From Deltaproteobacteria bacterium (GTDB taxonomy: Bacteria; JACQOV01): a stretch of 34,471 nt of DNA. Location: positions 1 to 34,471 of the forward strand of contig JACQOV010000098.1 of assembly GCA_016202395.1 (NCBI GenBank), written 5' to 3'. The first letter of the stretch is position 1; every line of letters begins with the position of its first letter. This document shows, piece after piece, positions 1-9,271 of the stretch. The notes beneath the pieces are model-generated. The model was not told the origin of the DNA, ran no database searches, and saw nothing but the letters and a program-made list of their open reading frames with translations. Made by a program: the position numbers and the translations under genes.

Positions 1-74
1 CCTCCTCGGGCTGCCTCGCATCTGGACCTTTTTGAACAGCCTGAGGAAAAGCGAGTTTTTCAACAGCCTACTAG
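1..74. mobile_element. Right end of a MITE/IS-derived repeat element, truncated by the window edge
   Basis: Near-duplicated motif TTTTTGAACAGCCTG (29-43) and TTTTTCAACAGCCTA (56-70), followed by CTAG (71-74). Resembles the TTTTTCAACAGCC(T) terminal inverted repeats of IS1182/IS5-like elements and their MITEs (recognised from memory). The left end is not in the window. Confidence 0.5.
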
Positions 75-96
75 TATTCTTGCTTGTCTAAGCCTT

Positions 97-588
97 TTGT
101 TGTTGATGAGCCTGTCGATTCCTGGATGCAAGAAAGGAGCTCCTCCAATGCAAGAGGGAAAATATGCAACGATCGAGATGGAAAAAGGGGGAAAGATCGT
201 CATCGAGTTTCATCCGGACTCCGCCCCTAAAACAGTTGAAAATTTCTTAAAACTCACCCGGGAAGGCTTTTATGATGGCCTGACTTTTCATCGTGTGGAG
301 CCCGGCTTTGTCGTGCAGGGAGGGGATCCTCGAGGAAATGGAACCGGAGGGCCTGGTTACCTGATCCCCGCTGAGTTTAACGATCGGCCTCACGTCACAG
401 GAACGGTAGCGATGGCTCGATCCGCAGACCCCGACTCGGCAGGGAGCCAGTTTTATATCTGTTTGGCTCCACAACCGTTCCTCGATCGAAACTACACCGT
501 CTTTGGGCAAGTCATTGAAGGAATGGATGTCGTGAGCCAAATCCAACGAGGCGATCGAATGAAACGAGTGATGGTGGGAAAGCCATGA
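97..588 (+). CDS. Cyclophilin-type peptidyl-prolyl cis-trans isomerase
   Basis: Motifs [37 protein letters not shown]. Start uncertain: TTG97 gives a lipobox-like IPGC; ATG148 has an AAGGAG SD. Confidence 0.95.
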   Translation: MLLMSLSIPGCKKGAPPMQEGKYATIEMEKGGKIVIEFHPDSAPKTVENFLKLTREGFYDGLTFHRVEPGFVVQGGDPRGNGTGGPGYLIPAEFNDRPHVTGTVAMARSADPDSAGSQFYICLAPQPFLDRNYTVFGQVIEGMDVVSQIQRGDRMKRVMVGKP

Positions 589-1130
589 ATCCTGGCTATT
601 GCTCTCAATGCGGGCATGCCCTGGTAGAGGGAGGGACTTTTTGTTCCCAGTGCGGCCATGCCGCAACCCCTGATTCGCCTCCAAAAAACAAACGCCGACG
701 ATTCACCTCAATCTATTGGCTCTTGGGCTTCCTGTTTTTGGGAAGCGCTCTCCTCCTCTATTTCACTCTCACCTCTCCAGCGCCGGAGCCCTCCTCTCCC
801 ATGATGGAGACTGCTGCGGATCGATTGTCCCCTTCCGCCACCGCGGATATGGATTATCGTTCCGCGATAGAACAGATTTTTCGTTCGCACCCCATCTTAG
901 GACCGAAGCTTGTAGCCGTGGGATGGTCTGCAGAGGATCGAGCCACCCTCCACGTTAAAGATTTTCCCATGGACTCGATGCCAGAAACAGTGCGGTCCCA
1001 ATTCTTAGAAAAGATGCAGACAGAGGTCAGCCAAAAACTCCGCGATTTTAATAAAGCGAATTCATTAACAGTTCAGTTCCTAGACCTCAATGGGAACCGA
1101 ATGGTGGGATCGTTTACTGCAACTCCTTGA
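585..1130 (+). CDS. Zinc-ribbon-containing single-pass membrane protein
   Basis: N-terminal CSQCG...CSQCG, basic patch KNKRRR, then one TM helix. ATGA overlap with the upstream gene. Confidence 0.8.
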   Translation: MNPGYCSQCGHALVEGGTFCSQCGHAATPDSPPKNKRRRFTSIYWLLGFLFLGSALLLYFTLTSPAPEPSSPMMETAADRLSPSATADMDYRSAIEQIFRSHPILGPKLVAVGWSAEDRATLHVKDFPMDSMPETVRSQFLEKMQTEVSQKLRDFNKANSLTVQFLDLNGNRMVGSFTATP

Positions 1131-3703
1131 AAGCGTTACTTCGATATTTTATTTTTCGAGATCTCAAAGCCCACGCCATACGATCCATCCTCACCACAAC
1201 GGGGATCGCGTTGGGAGTGGCCGCCTTTGTGTCGATGATCCTGATCAATCGAAGCCTCCTCCTCTCATTCGAAAGAGCCATCGATGCCGTAGCAGGAAAA
1301 GCCAAATTGGAGATCACAGGGCCTAAAAGTGGCTTTGACGAAACGGTGTTAGATCGGGCGCGAGAGCATCCTGATGTTGAGAGCGCGCTCCCTGTTCTGG
1401 AAACCACCGCGTTCCTTGAAAAACCCAAGGGGGGCGCCCTTCTTGTCCTGGGCATCGATCCCTTCTCCGATCAAGAGGCCCGCTCCTTCCGCCTCGAAGA
1501 AACGGAGGAGGACCCTCTCCTTCTCATTGTAAAACTCGATTCGATTCTCTTAAGCCAGGCAACTGCGAAACGCCTGAACGTTAAAGTGGGGGACAAGATT
1601 GAGCTTTCCACCTCTTCTAAGATTCGGCCCTTTACCGTGCGAGGGCTTCTCAAACTCGAAGGCCCCGTGAAGGCGTTAGGAGGACAGATTGCGGTCATGG
1701 ATATCGTGGCGGCTCAGATCGCTTTTGGAAAAGAGGGGAAATTCGATCGAATTGACATCATTCCACGAGCCGGCGTCCCCCTTCAATCCCTTCAGGACGA
1801 TCTGCAACGCCAGATCGGAGCGACATTAAAAGTGGGACCTCCAAAACTCCGTTCTCAACAACTTGAGAAAAATCTCTTCTTTCTGCGCATGACCCTTTTC
1901 ACCATGGGGATCCTAGCCATCTTCGTGGGGGTCTTCCTTATTTTCAACACGATGTCGACGGCCATTGTCCAGCGACGTCATGAGATTGGGATTTTAAGAG
2001 GGATTGGAGCCACTCGACGCTCCATCCTGGGAACGATCTGTTTGGAAGCCCTTCTTTATGGAATGATTGGAGGGGGCATCGGCCTATTCCTAGGCATTGC
2101 CCTGGCGAAAGGAATGATCCAGAATGTCGCAGGGACGGTCTCCGCAATGTACACGCCTGCCAATTACGCCGACATTCGCCCTTCAACGGGGATCTTGCTA
2201 GTCGGTTATGCGGTTGGAGTCTTTTCAACGCTTCTCTCAGGGCTTTATCCCGCAATCCGGGCCGCTCAGATCTCTCCCCTGGAGGCCATCAAAGAGTACA
2301 GCACAGAGAAGTCGATTCGAAGAAAGATCCGCTATAGCCTTGCCGCAGGTATCCTCCTTTTCCTTAGCTCCATCGCGCTCGCTCGATTCCAACCTCAAGG
2401 AGGGATGACCTTCCCACTCTATGGAACTCTCGCCTTGATCGGGATTCTCCTTTCACTCATCTTTCTTTCGCCAAGCGCAATCCATGTTTTTGGGAGAGGG
2501 ATTCGTTCTTTAAGCATTCGCTTTTCTGATATTAACTCTCTCATCGCCGCCGAAAATCTCCCTCGCCGTTCCGCGAGAACCGCCGTTACGGTGACCGCCC
2601 TTGCCGTGAGCCTCTCCATCATGACGCATATCTCCATCCTGCTCCAAAGTTTAAGAAAAGATCTCAACACCTGGATCGCGGACGTTATCCCGGCAGAGTT
2701 GTTTGTTACTTCGGGATCGACACTGGTGGGGCCGTTAAGCAATCCCTTAACCTTGAACTTGGCAGAAGAGCTGCGAACATTGCCGGAGGTCGAAGCCATT
2801 AACCGTGTCCGACTGAACAGGATCGATTACCAAGAAAATGAGATCGTTTTGGGAGTTCTCGATCTTCAAATCACAGCTCAACATCACGAAGATTCCTCGG
2901 TTTCCAAGTATTACGTGGGTGGAAACCGGAAAGAAACACTCAAAATCCTCAACTCCGGCGAACCCGCCGTTCTGATCTCTGAAAACTTCTCTCAAAAATA
3001 TGGACCCAGAGCGAGGGACACCCTTGTTTTGAACACGCCCAAAGGGGAACGTCCCTTTAAGGTGGCCGGTGTGATGATCGATTACACCTCGGAGCAAGGG
3101 GTCGTTTATCTCGATTGGTCGGAGTATCTTCCACTCTGGGAGGACCCGCTCGCCGATAGTTTTAACCTCTATCTCAAACCGAATACGAGCCCCAACGAGT
3201 TGCGTGAAAAGGTTCTGGAACGTTGGGGAAACGAGTATCCCATCATCGTCACAACGAAAAAAGAGTTCCATCAAGAGGCCACAACGATTCTGGATCAATC
3301 GTTTGGAGCGGCCCATGCCCTTCAGATGGTGGCTTTGATCATCGCCTTGGTCGGGATCGTGAACACGCTTCTTGCCGCCGTTTTGGAGAGAACTCGCGAG
3401 ATTGGGGTTCTTCGGGCGCTGGGCGCCACACGATCTCAATGCCGCCGAATGATCTTAATGGAAGCCATGATGATGGGGATCCTGGGATCTATTATTGGAA
3501 TCGCTTCGGGAAGCACGACGGCGGCCATCGATCTGTTTGTCACCACACGCCAGATGTTAGGGATGACGATCCATTACTTTTTCCCCATCGGACTCCCCGT
3601 GATCGCCATTAGCACCTCGATCCTTACCGCTGTAATTGCAGGGCTTTATCCGGCGCATCGGGCGACGCGCGTTGATCCGACGGAAGCGATGCGATACGAG
3701 TGA
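1127..3703 (+). CDS. ABC transporter permease with duplicated MacB_PCD/FtsX domains
   Basis: RSILTTTGIALGVA at the N-terminus, two RRHEIGILRGIGA / RTREIGVLRALGA motifs, C-terminal PAHRATRVDPTEAMRYE. Confidence 0.92.
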   Translation: MKALLRYFIFRDLKAHAIRSILTTTGIALGVAAFVSMILINRSLLLSFERAIDAVAGKAKLEITGPKSGFDETVLDRAREHPDVESALPVLETTAFLEKPKGGALLVLGIDPFSDQEARSFRLEETEEDPLLLIVKLDSILLSQATAKRLNVKVGDKIELSTSSKIRPFTVRGLLKLEGPVKALGGQIAVMDIVAAQIAFGKEGKFDRIDIIPRAGVPLQSLQDDLQRQIGATLKVGPPKLRSQQLEKNLFFLRMTLFTMGILAIFVGVFLIFNTMSTAIVQRRHEIGILRGIGATRRSILGTICLEALLYGMIGGGIGLFLGIALAKGMIQNVAGTVSAMYTPANYADIRPSTGILLVGYAVGVFSTLLSGLYPAIRAAQISPLEAIKEYSTEKSIRRKIRYSLAAGILLFLSSIALARFQPQGGMTFPLYGTLALIGILLSLIFLSPSAIHVFGRGIRSLSIRFSDINSLIAAENLPRRSARTAVTVTALAVSLSIMTHISILLQSLRKDLNTWIADVIPAELFVTSGSTLVGPLSNPLTLNLAEELRTLPEVEAINRVRLNRIDYQENEIVLGVLDLQITAQHHEDSSVSKYYVGGNRKETLKILNSGEPAVLISENFSQKYGPRARDTLVLNTPKGERPFKVAGVMIDYTSEQGVVYLDWSEYLPLWEDPLADSFNLYLKPNTSPNELREKVLERWGNEYPIIVTTKKEFHQEATTILDQSFGAAHALQMVALIIALVGIVNTLLAAVLERTREIGVLRALGATRSQCRRMILMEAMMMGILGSIIGIASGSTTAAIDLFVTTRQMLGMTIHYFFPIGLPVIAISTSILTAVIAGLYPAHRATRVDPTEAMRYE

Positions 3704-3719
3704 AATATGTTAGATTGCT

Positions 3720-4373
3720 ATGATACCCATTCAGAAACTTCATAACAAATCCATAGGACCGTTTCGAATCTCTGTGACTCAAATCAAACCGCTGAAGCTG
3801 CATGGGTGGTTTGGTTTTGAGTTAAAGCTTTTCAATTCTAAAGGGGAAATCTCGAAAACCCCTGTGGCAAAAGGGATCTACAGCAAAGGGAGAGGTTCTG
3901 AAATCGCGCCTTGGATCGATTTTAATCTAAGACAAAAGATTCAGTGGCCTCGCGGAGAAATCAATCTGCGCTGTGAAGGGCTTTTGACTCGCGCTTGCCG
4001 GGAGATTTCAAAAGTAATCCCGCCAGGAGGGCATCTGATGGTCTCCTACGAAGATCCCTTTCCTTTGCATCAAGAAACGGCGGCCGCGCTATCGAAAGGG
4101 ATTCCTCCTATCTTAAGCCCTCTAGGAAGAATTCTTTTTGAATGCGGATTCGTGAAGATCAAAGATTGGTATCTTTCAGAAAGCGGCCATGAAGGTCCCC
4201 GCAAGCTCTGGGCTGAGAAGCCCCCCGATAAATCTTGGGAAAAGGCCTGGCATAGGGAAGTTCTTGACGAATTGGACTCTTTTTTAGGCAAAAAGCGGAA
4301 GAGGAGCCTCCATTCAGAGACTCTTGAGTTTTGTGACGTGATGCGTTATAAGTTGGGTTCGGAATTGCAATAA
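3720..4373 (+). CDS. DUF1122 (Aq_328-like) family protein
   Basis: GGHLMVSYE, PLGRILFECGF and KDWYLSESGHEGPRKLWAEKP match my recollection of the DUF1122 motifs. Confidence 0.75.
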   Translation: MIPIQKLHNKSIGPFRISVTQIKPLKLHGWFGFELKLFNSKGEISKTPVAKGIYSKGRGSEIAPWIDFNLRQKIQWPRGEINLRCEGLLTRACREISKVIPPGGHLMVSYEDPFPLHQETAAALSKGIPPILSPLGRILFECGFVKIKDWYLSESGHEGPRKLWAEKPPDKSWEKAWHREVLDELDSFLGKKRKRSLHSETLEFCDVMRYKLGSELQ

Positions 4374-4389
4374 TCCAAAGGAGAAAAAC

Positions 4390-5103
4390 ATGGCAAAAAC
4401 AGCAGTGGCCAAGATGGAATCGACCGATTTTGAAAATAAAACCGCTCAAGAGGTTTTACAGTGGGCTCTTGAAACCTATCATCCTAAAATCACCTGTGCC
4501 TCCAGTTTTGGAGCGGAGGATGTCGTTGTCATCGACATGCTTGTAAAGATCCGGAAAGATGCAAGAATTTTTACACTCGACACCGGCCGCCTCCCCCAAG
4601 CCACTTACGATGTCATGCAAGCCCTCATGGATAAATACGGAATTAAATTTGAAGTTTATCATCCTAAAGCCGATGCGGTCGAAGAGATGGTCTCCCAACA
4701 GGGTCCTAACCTTTTCTACGAAAGCATTGAGAATCGAAAGAGATGCTGCGGTGTTCGTAAAATGGAGCCCTTGAGCCGCGCTTTGAAAGGGATGGAGGCT
4801 TGGATTACGGGGCTTCGAAGAGAACAAGCGGTGACACGAACAGATACCCCTCGCGTTGAGATTGATAAAAGCCAAGGTGGAATTGTGAAAGTGAATCCCA
4901 TTATTGATTGGACCACCGATCAAACCTGGGACTACATCAAAAAGAACAAAGTCCCTTACAACAAACTCCATGATCAAGGCTATCCGAGCATCGGGTGCGA
5001 GCCTTGTACTCGGGCCATCAAACCTGGCGAAGATCTACGGGCCGGACGTTGGTGGTGGGAATCTCCTGAATACAAAGAGTGCGGCCTCCACCTGAAAAAG
5101 TAA
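4390..5103 (+). CDS. cysH: Adenylyl/phosphoadenylyl-sulfate reductase, 4Fe-4S APS-reductase type
   Basis: SFGAED, LDTGRL, RCCGVRK plus SIGCEPCT cluster ligands, RAGRWWWE, C-terminal ECGLH. SD AAGGAG upstream. Confidence 0.95.
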   Translation: MAKTAVAKMESTDFENKTAQEVLQWALETYHPKITCASSFGAEDVVVIDMLVKIRKDARIFTLDTGRLPQATYDVMQALMDKYGIKFEVYHPKADAVEEMVSQQGPNLFYESIENRKRCCGVRKMEPLSRALKGMEAWITGLRREQAVTRTDTPRVEIDKSQGGIVKVNPIIDWTTDQTWDYIKKNKVPYNKLHDQGYPSIGCEPCTRAIKPGEDLRAGRWWWESPEYKECGLHLKK

Positions 5104-5112
5104 CCCGATCGC

Positions 5113-5370
5113 CTATTCTAAAAACGTATTGGACTTCGCGTTATAGAGATCTTCAATGACGCTCTCTATAGTTTTAAGGAAATCAGACCAACGCGGATCT
5201 AAAGGGAATGACGGAGAAACTTTAGGAATCATTGAGTTCATTTCGCTCAACAAAGCCATCCCTTGTTTCAGGATTACAGGAGGCACTTTCCCGTTGTGGG
5301 TCTCTTTCAGCGAGGGCTTGTGTTGGTCGTAAAAATCGCTGAGTTGTTTAAGAAGTTCGTCAGCGCTCAT
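5113..5370 (-). CDS. Hypothetical protein, 85 aa
   Basis: ATGA overlap with the ilvE stop. Fills the gap to cysH. No recognisable motif. Confidence 0.6.
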   Translation of the reverse strand: MSADELLKQLSDFYDQHKPSLKETHNGKVPPVILKQGMALLSEMNSMIPKVSPSFPLDPRWSDFLKTIESVIEDLYNAKSNTFLE

Positions 5371-6281
5371 AAATAGGTGAGCCAGGAAGTGTAGCGGGGC
5401 TCCTCCCCTTTCACCGTCGCAAAAAACTTTTTCTGTAACGCCTGAGTGATGGGGCCGGGCTTGCCTACAGCGATTTTTTTCCCATCGATCTCGCGAATTG
5501 GCGTAATTTCCGCAGCCGTTCCCGTCAAAAACACCTCGTCGGATCCTAGTAATTCTTTCGGCTTAAAATCTTTTTCTTTAAATGCAATTTTCATCTCTTT
5601 TGCAAATTGAATTATGGCGTCGCGTGTAATTCCCGGTAACGGCGAAGTAAGCGGCGGCGTTTTCAACACATTCCCCTTCACTATAAAAAGATTCTCACCA
5701 CTCGCTTCAGAAATATTTCCGTCAGGGCTCAACATAATCGCCTCTTGATAGCCGGTCTCTAAAGCATCGAGTTTCGCCATAATGGAGGCCACGTAAGAGC
5801 CGGTGAGTTTTGCTCTGGAAAGCTCTTGGCTTGCTTGACACCGAAGAAAGGAAGAGATTTTCACACGAATCCCATTTTTAATGCCTTCATCTCCCAAATA
5901 GCTCCCCCAAGGATAAGCAGCGATCACCACTTGAATCGGGTTATGAACTGCATAAAGCCCCATCTCGCCAGCGCCGATAAAAGCAATGGGCCGAATGTAG
6001 CCTTCCTTGAGCTTGTTCACTCGGAGCGTTTCCACGACAGCCAACTCCAGCTGCGAAGCCGAATACGGAATTTTCATCTTTACAATCTTTGCAGAATCGA
6101 AAAGTCGCGCAATGTGCTCCCTTAAACGAAAAACGGCAGAACGGCCATCAGTGCATTGGTAACAGCGAATCCCCTCAAAAACGGCGAGACCGTAATGAAG
6201 CGAATGAGTCAACACGTGAACATGGGCTTGATCCCATGGAATTAATTTCCCGTCAAACCAGATCTTCTCTGTTTTTTGCAT
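5367..6281 (-). CDS. ilvE: Branched-chain amino acid aminotransferase
   Basis: HSLHYGLAVFEGIRCY, YIRP, AKLTGSY (PLP lysine), EASGENLF, PGITR, GTAAEITP. SD GAGGGAG. Confidence 0.96.
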   Translation of the reverse strand: MQKTEKIWFDGKLIPWDQAHVHVLTHSLHYGLAVFEGIRCYQCTDGRSAVFRLREHIARLFDSAKIVKMKIPYSASQLELAVVETLRVNKLKEGYIRPIAFIGAGEMGLYAVHNPIQVVIAAYPWGSYLGDEGIKNGIRVKISSFLRCQASQELSRAKLTGSYVASIMAKLDALETGYQEAIMLSPDGNISEASGENLFIVKGNVLKTPPLTSPLPGITRDAIIQFAKEMKIAFKEKDFKPKELLGSDEVFLTGTAAEITPIREIDGKKIAVGKPGPITQALQKKFFATVKGEEPRYTSWLTYL

Positions 6282-6290
6282 GTCTCCCTC

Positions 6291-9218
6291 TCAAGTACGA
6301 TGAAAAAATCGCTGATAGATTTTTCGAATTTCGCGAGTCCGCTTTGTGTACTCCTCCATCAGTTGTTCTCCGGCCGTTTTACTTTGTAAATCGGCATAGC
6401 CCATTCTCCGCGCAACGGCTTCCAAAGCAATCCTCTCTTTGGGAAGTTCTGAAACCGAGTAGCCCCCCACAATCCGAAGTCGATTCTCCAAGCGCCGCAG
6501 AAAAAGATAATGCTCTTTGATGCTGGTCCCCACAGCGGGATCCAAGAGCCCGGCAGCTTGAAGCCTCTCCAACGCTTTCCAGGTGTTCGGCTCCGCAAAA
6601 GCGGCCTCCAACTCAAGTTTCTGGACAATAAACTCGATATCAACCAACCCACCGTGGCCCGTTTTAAGATTATACTTTCCACCTTCTTCGTGGGCAAGCT
6701 CTTTCTCCATGCGGCCTCGAATTCGATCGACCTCCCTCCAATCGGCTTCCAAATAGCGGGATTCTTTTAAACACCTCTCGACTGCCTGGGTCACAAGAGC
6801 CTCTAGATCCTTATTTCCCGCAATCCAACGAAACCGTGTGAGAGCGAGCTTCTCCCAAACCGCGGCTTGGGTGAGATTATAGTTCTCGAAGGTGGAAAGA
6901 GAGGTGACAAGCGGCCCTCGGGTTCCCGAAGGTCGAAGGCGCGTATCCACTTTATAGAGATAGCCCGAAGGCAAGATAGCCGCAAGATTCGAAATAACAC
7001 GTTGGGCCGCCATGGTGTAAGCTTCTAACGGGGCTGAACTTTCGTTGGGGATAATAAAAATGATATCGAGATCGGAGTGGTAGTTAAGCTCTCTCCCCGC
7101 GAGTTTACCTAGAGCAAAAATAGCCAATGGCGCCTCTATTTTAAATCGTTTTTTAACTTCTTCTTGAGCCATGCCCAAAGCGTTTTGCAGCGCGATCTCT
7201 GCCAGATCGCTTAATTGTTCACAAACAGAGACCCCATCAAGATCCCCCCAGAGATCATTGACTGCAATTCGGAGCACCTCCCCATTTTTAAATTGGCGAA
7301 GAGCGATTAAACAATCCTCTTTGTTAGAGAGAGATTTTAGACTCTCGCGAAGTTCCTCTTCAAGCTCCGCGCGTGTTTTTTGGACTTTGGCATAGCCTCG
7401 CAAAACAAGAGCATCGAGAAGCTCAAGATGCGCAATCAAAAAGTTAGAGAGAAAAACAGAGCTCCCAAACAGGTTCACCAACAGCTGGAGTGTTTTGGGA
7501 TTCTCTAAGAGGAGCGAATAGATTCCTCCACGCGAGCCGATGGCGGTCACAAAACGCTCGAGATGAATGAGGGCCTGATCCGGATTCGGGCTTGCAATCA
7601 CTTCTTTAATAAAGAGAGGTCCCAGGCGTTCAAAAGCGCGTTTCGCTTTGTCTGAGAAATAGGCGTAGGGAGGGCCTTCACGGAGAAGTCGAATATTCTT
7701 GAGCGCTGCAGAAGGATCCTGCAACCGATGATCTTGAAGCCATTGAAGGATCTCTTTCTCCGAAGCCTCTTCCCTTAAGATCCTCTCCATCTCTGGATCG
7801 GTCGCCTCAGATCGACGAGAAGAGCCGAGAAGCGTGTTGAAAATTTTCTGAACCGTCTGCCGATGAGAATCCAACTCGGAAACAAAGTCGGAAGTTTTCC
7901 AAAATCCCGATCGGCGCGCTAATTTTTCCAATTCTTCAGGCTTTGAAGGCAATCTTTGCGTTTGGCGCTCTTCCAACATCTGCAAGCGATGTTCCACCTT
8001 TCGGTAGAAACGATAAGCCGAAGAGAGCGAATCCGCAATCTCTTCTTCGATCAAACCCTCTTCAGCAGCCTGCTTCAACGCTTGGAGTGTATTCCGTTCT
8101 CGAACGCTTGGATTTTTTCCCGCATTGACGAGTTGAATCGTTTGGATAAAAAATTCGACCTCGCGAATGCCGCCAATGCCGAGCTTAAGATCCCACGTCT
8201 CTTTCTTTTGCGCCTCCACCTCTCGATTAATCCTCTCCTTGAGATTTTCGATGTCTTCAAGGGTTCCAAAATCGAGATAGCGCCGGTAAAGCCATGGTTC
8301 GAGCTGCCTCAAGAGCGACTCCCCTAGCTCCAAATTCCCGGCCACAGGACGGGCCTTGAAAAGCGCCGCCCGCTCCCAGGTGCGCCCCCACGATTCGTAA
8401 TAGGTGAGAGCGGATGTCACCGAATGACAAAGCGGCCCTTGATTCCCATCGGGGCGCAGACGAAGATCCACACGCCAGACAAATCCTTCCGGAGTGATAG
8501 CGCTCAAAGCGCGCGTGATCTTTTCCGAAAGGCGAGAGAAATATTCATGCAAAGTGGACGGAAGACCGCGATGTTGCAACGGGCTTTCGGGTTTTAGATG
8601 ATTCGTGTCGTAAAGATAGATCAAGTCAATGTCCGAAGAGAAATTAAGCTCTCCTCCACCGAGCTTCCCCATCCCTAGGACCACAAATTTCTCCTTCACA
8701 ATCTGCTGAGGATCTAAGAAATGCCGACAGGCTTGGTAAGCCGCTTCCGTACAAGCCGAGGCGAGGTCGGAGATCTCTGCTGTGATCTCTTCAATCGGCG
8801 CAAGACTGCGAAGATCTCGGATTGCAATCCTTAAAATTTGTTCATACTTGTGTCTTCTAAGCACAGCACAAAATTGTTCAAAGATATTAGGATTTTTTAT
8901 AACATTATATATTTCTTTATGAAATTGGCTGTGCGGTTTTTGTTCGTGAAGACTTTTTGAAGAAGAAATATCTAAAAAAATATCGAAATTCTGAAGGACG
9001 AAACGGGAAAGGAACGCGCTCCCCCCAAAAATGGCAAACAAGCTCAGGAGTGTTTCGGTTTGCTCCTCCGAAGAGCGCGTGCTTCTTTTTGGATTTTGTT
9101 GAAGTAAGTCTTGGATGCACCTTTCCACCTGCTCCAGGTCGGCCGCAGTCCGCAATCCCTCTTCGAGTATTTTCGCATTAACGGATGGAAAGGTCTTCCG
9201 AAGCCCCAATAAATCCAT
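6291..9218 (-). CDS. glnE: Bifunctional glutamine synthetase adenylyltransferase / adenylyl-removing enzyme
   Basis: Two NTase domains: GMGKLGGGELNFSSDIDL...RVDLRLRPDG and ALGKLAGRELNYHSDLD...KVDTRLRPSG. Confidence 0.96.
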   Translation of the reverse strand: MDLLGLRKTFPSVNAKILEEGLRTAADLEQVERCIQDLLQQNPKRSTRSSEEQTETLLSLFAIFGGSAFLSRFVLQNFDIFLDISSSKSLHEQKPHSQFHKEIYNVIKNPNIFEQFCAVLRRHKYEQILRIAIRDLRSLAPIEEITAEISDLASACTEAAYQACRHFLDPQQIVKEKFVVLGMGKLGGGELNFSSDIDLIYLYDTNHLKPESPLQHRGLPSTLHEYFSRLSEKITRALSAITPEGFVWRVDLRLRPDGNQGPLCHSVTSALTYYESWGRTWERAALFKARPVAGNLELGESLLRQLEPWLYRRYLDFGTLEDIENLKERINREVEAQKKETWDLKLGIGGIREVEFFIQTIQLVNAGKNPSVRERNTLQALKQAAEEGLIEEEIADSLSSAYRFYRKVEHRLQMLEERQTQRLPSKPEELEKLARRSGFWKTSDFVSELDSHRQTVQKIFNTLLGSSRRSEATDPEMERILREEASEKEILQWLQDHRLQDPSAALKNIRLLREGPPYAYFSDKAKRAFERLGPLFIKEVIASPNPDQALIHLERFVTAIGSRGGIYSLLLENPKTLQLLVNLFGSSVFLSNFLIAHLELLDALVLRGYAKVQKTRAELEEELRESLKSLSNKEDCLIALRQFKNGEVLRIAVNDLWGDLDGVSVCEQLSDLAEIALQNALGMAQEEVKKRFKIEAPLAIFALGKLAGRELNYHSDLDIIFIIPNESSAPLEAYTMAAQRVISNLAAILPSGYLYKVDTRLRPSGTRGPLVTSLSTFENYNLTQAAVWEKLALTRFRWIAGNKDLEALVTQAVERCLKESRYLEADWREVDRIRGRMEKELAHEEGGKYNLKTGHGGLVDIEFIVQKLELEAAFAEPNTWKALERLQAAGLLDPAVGTSIKEHYLFLRRLENRLRIVGGYSVSELPKERIALEAVARRMGYADLQSKTAGEQLMEEYTKRTREIRKIYQRFFHRT

Positions 9219-9271
9219 AGGCTAAAAACTTAAACCGAAATCAATATTTTCGCAACTTTCGGTCGTGTGCG

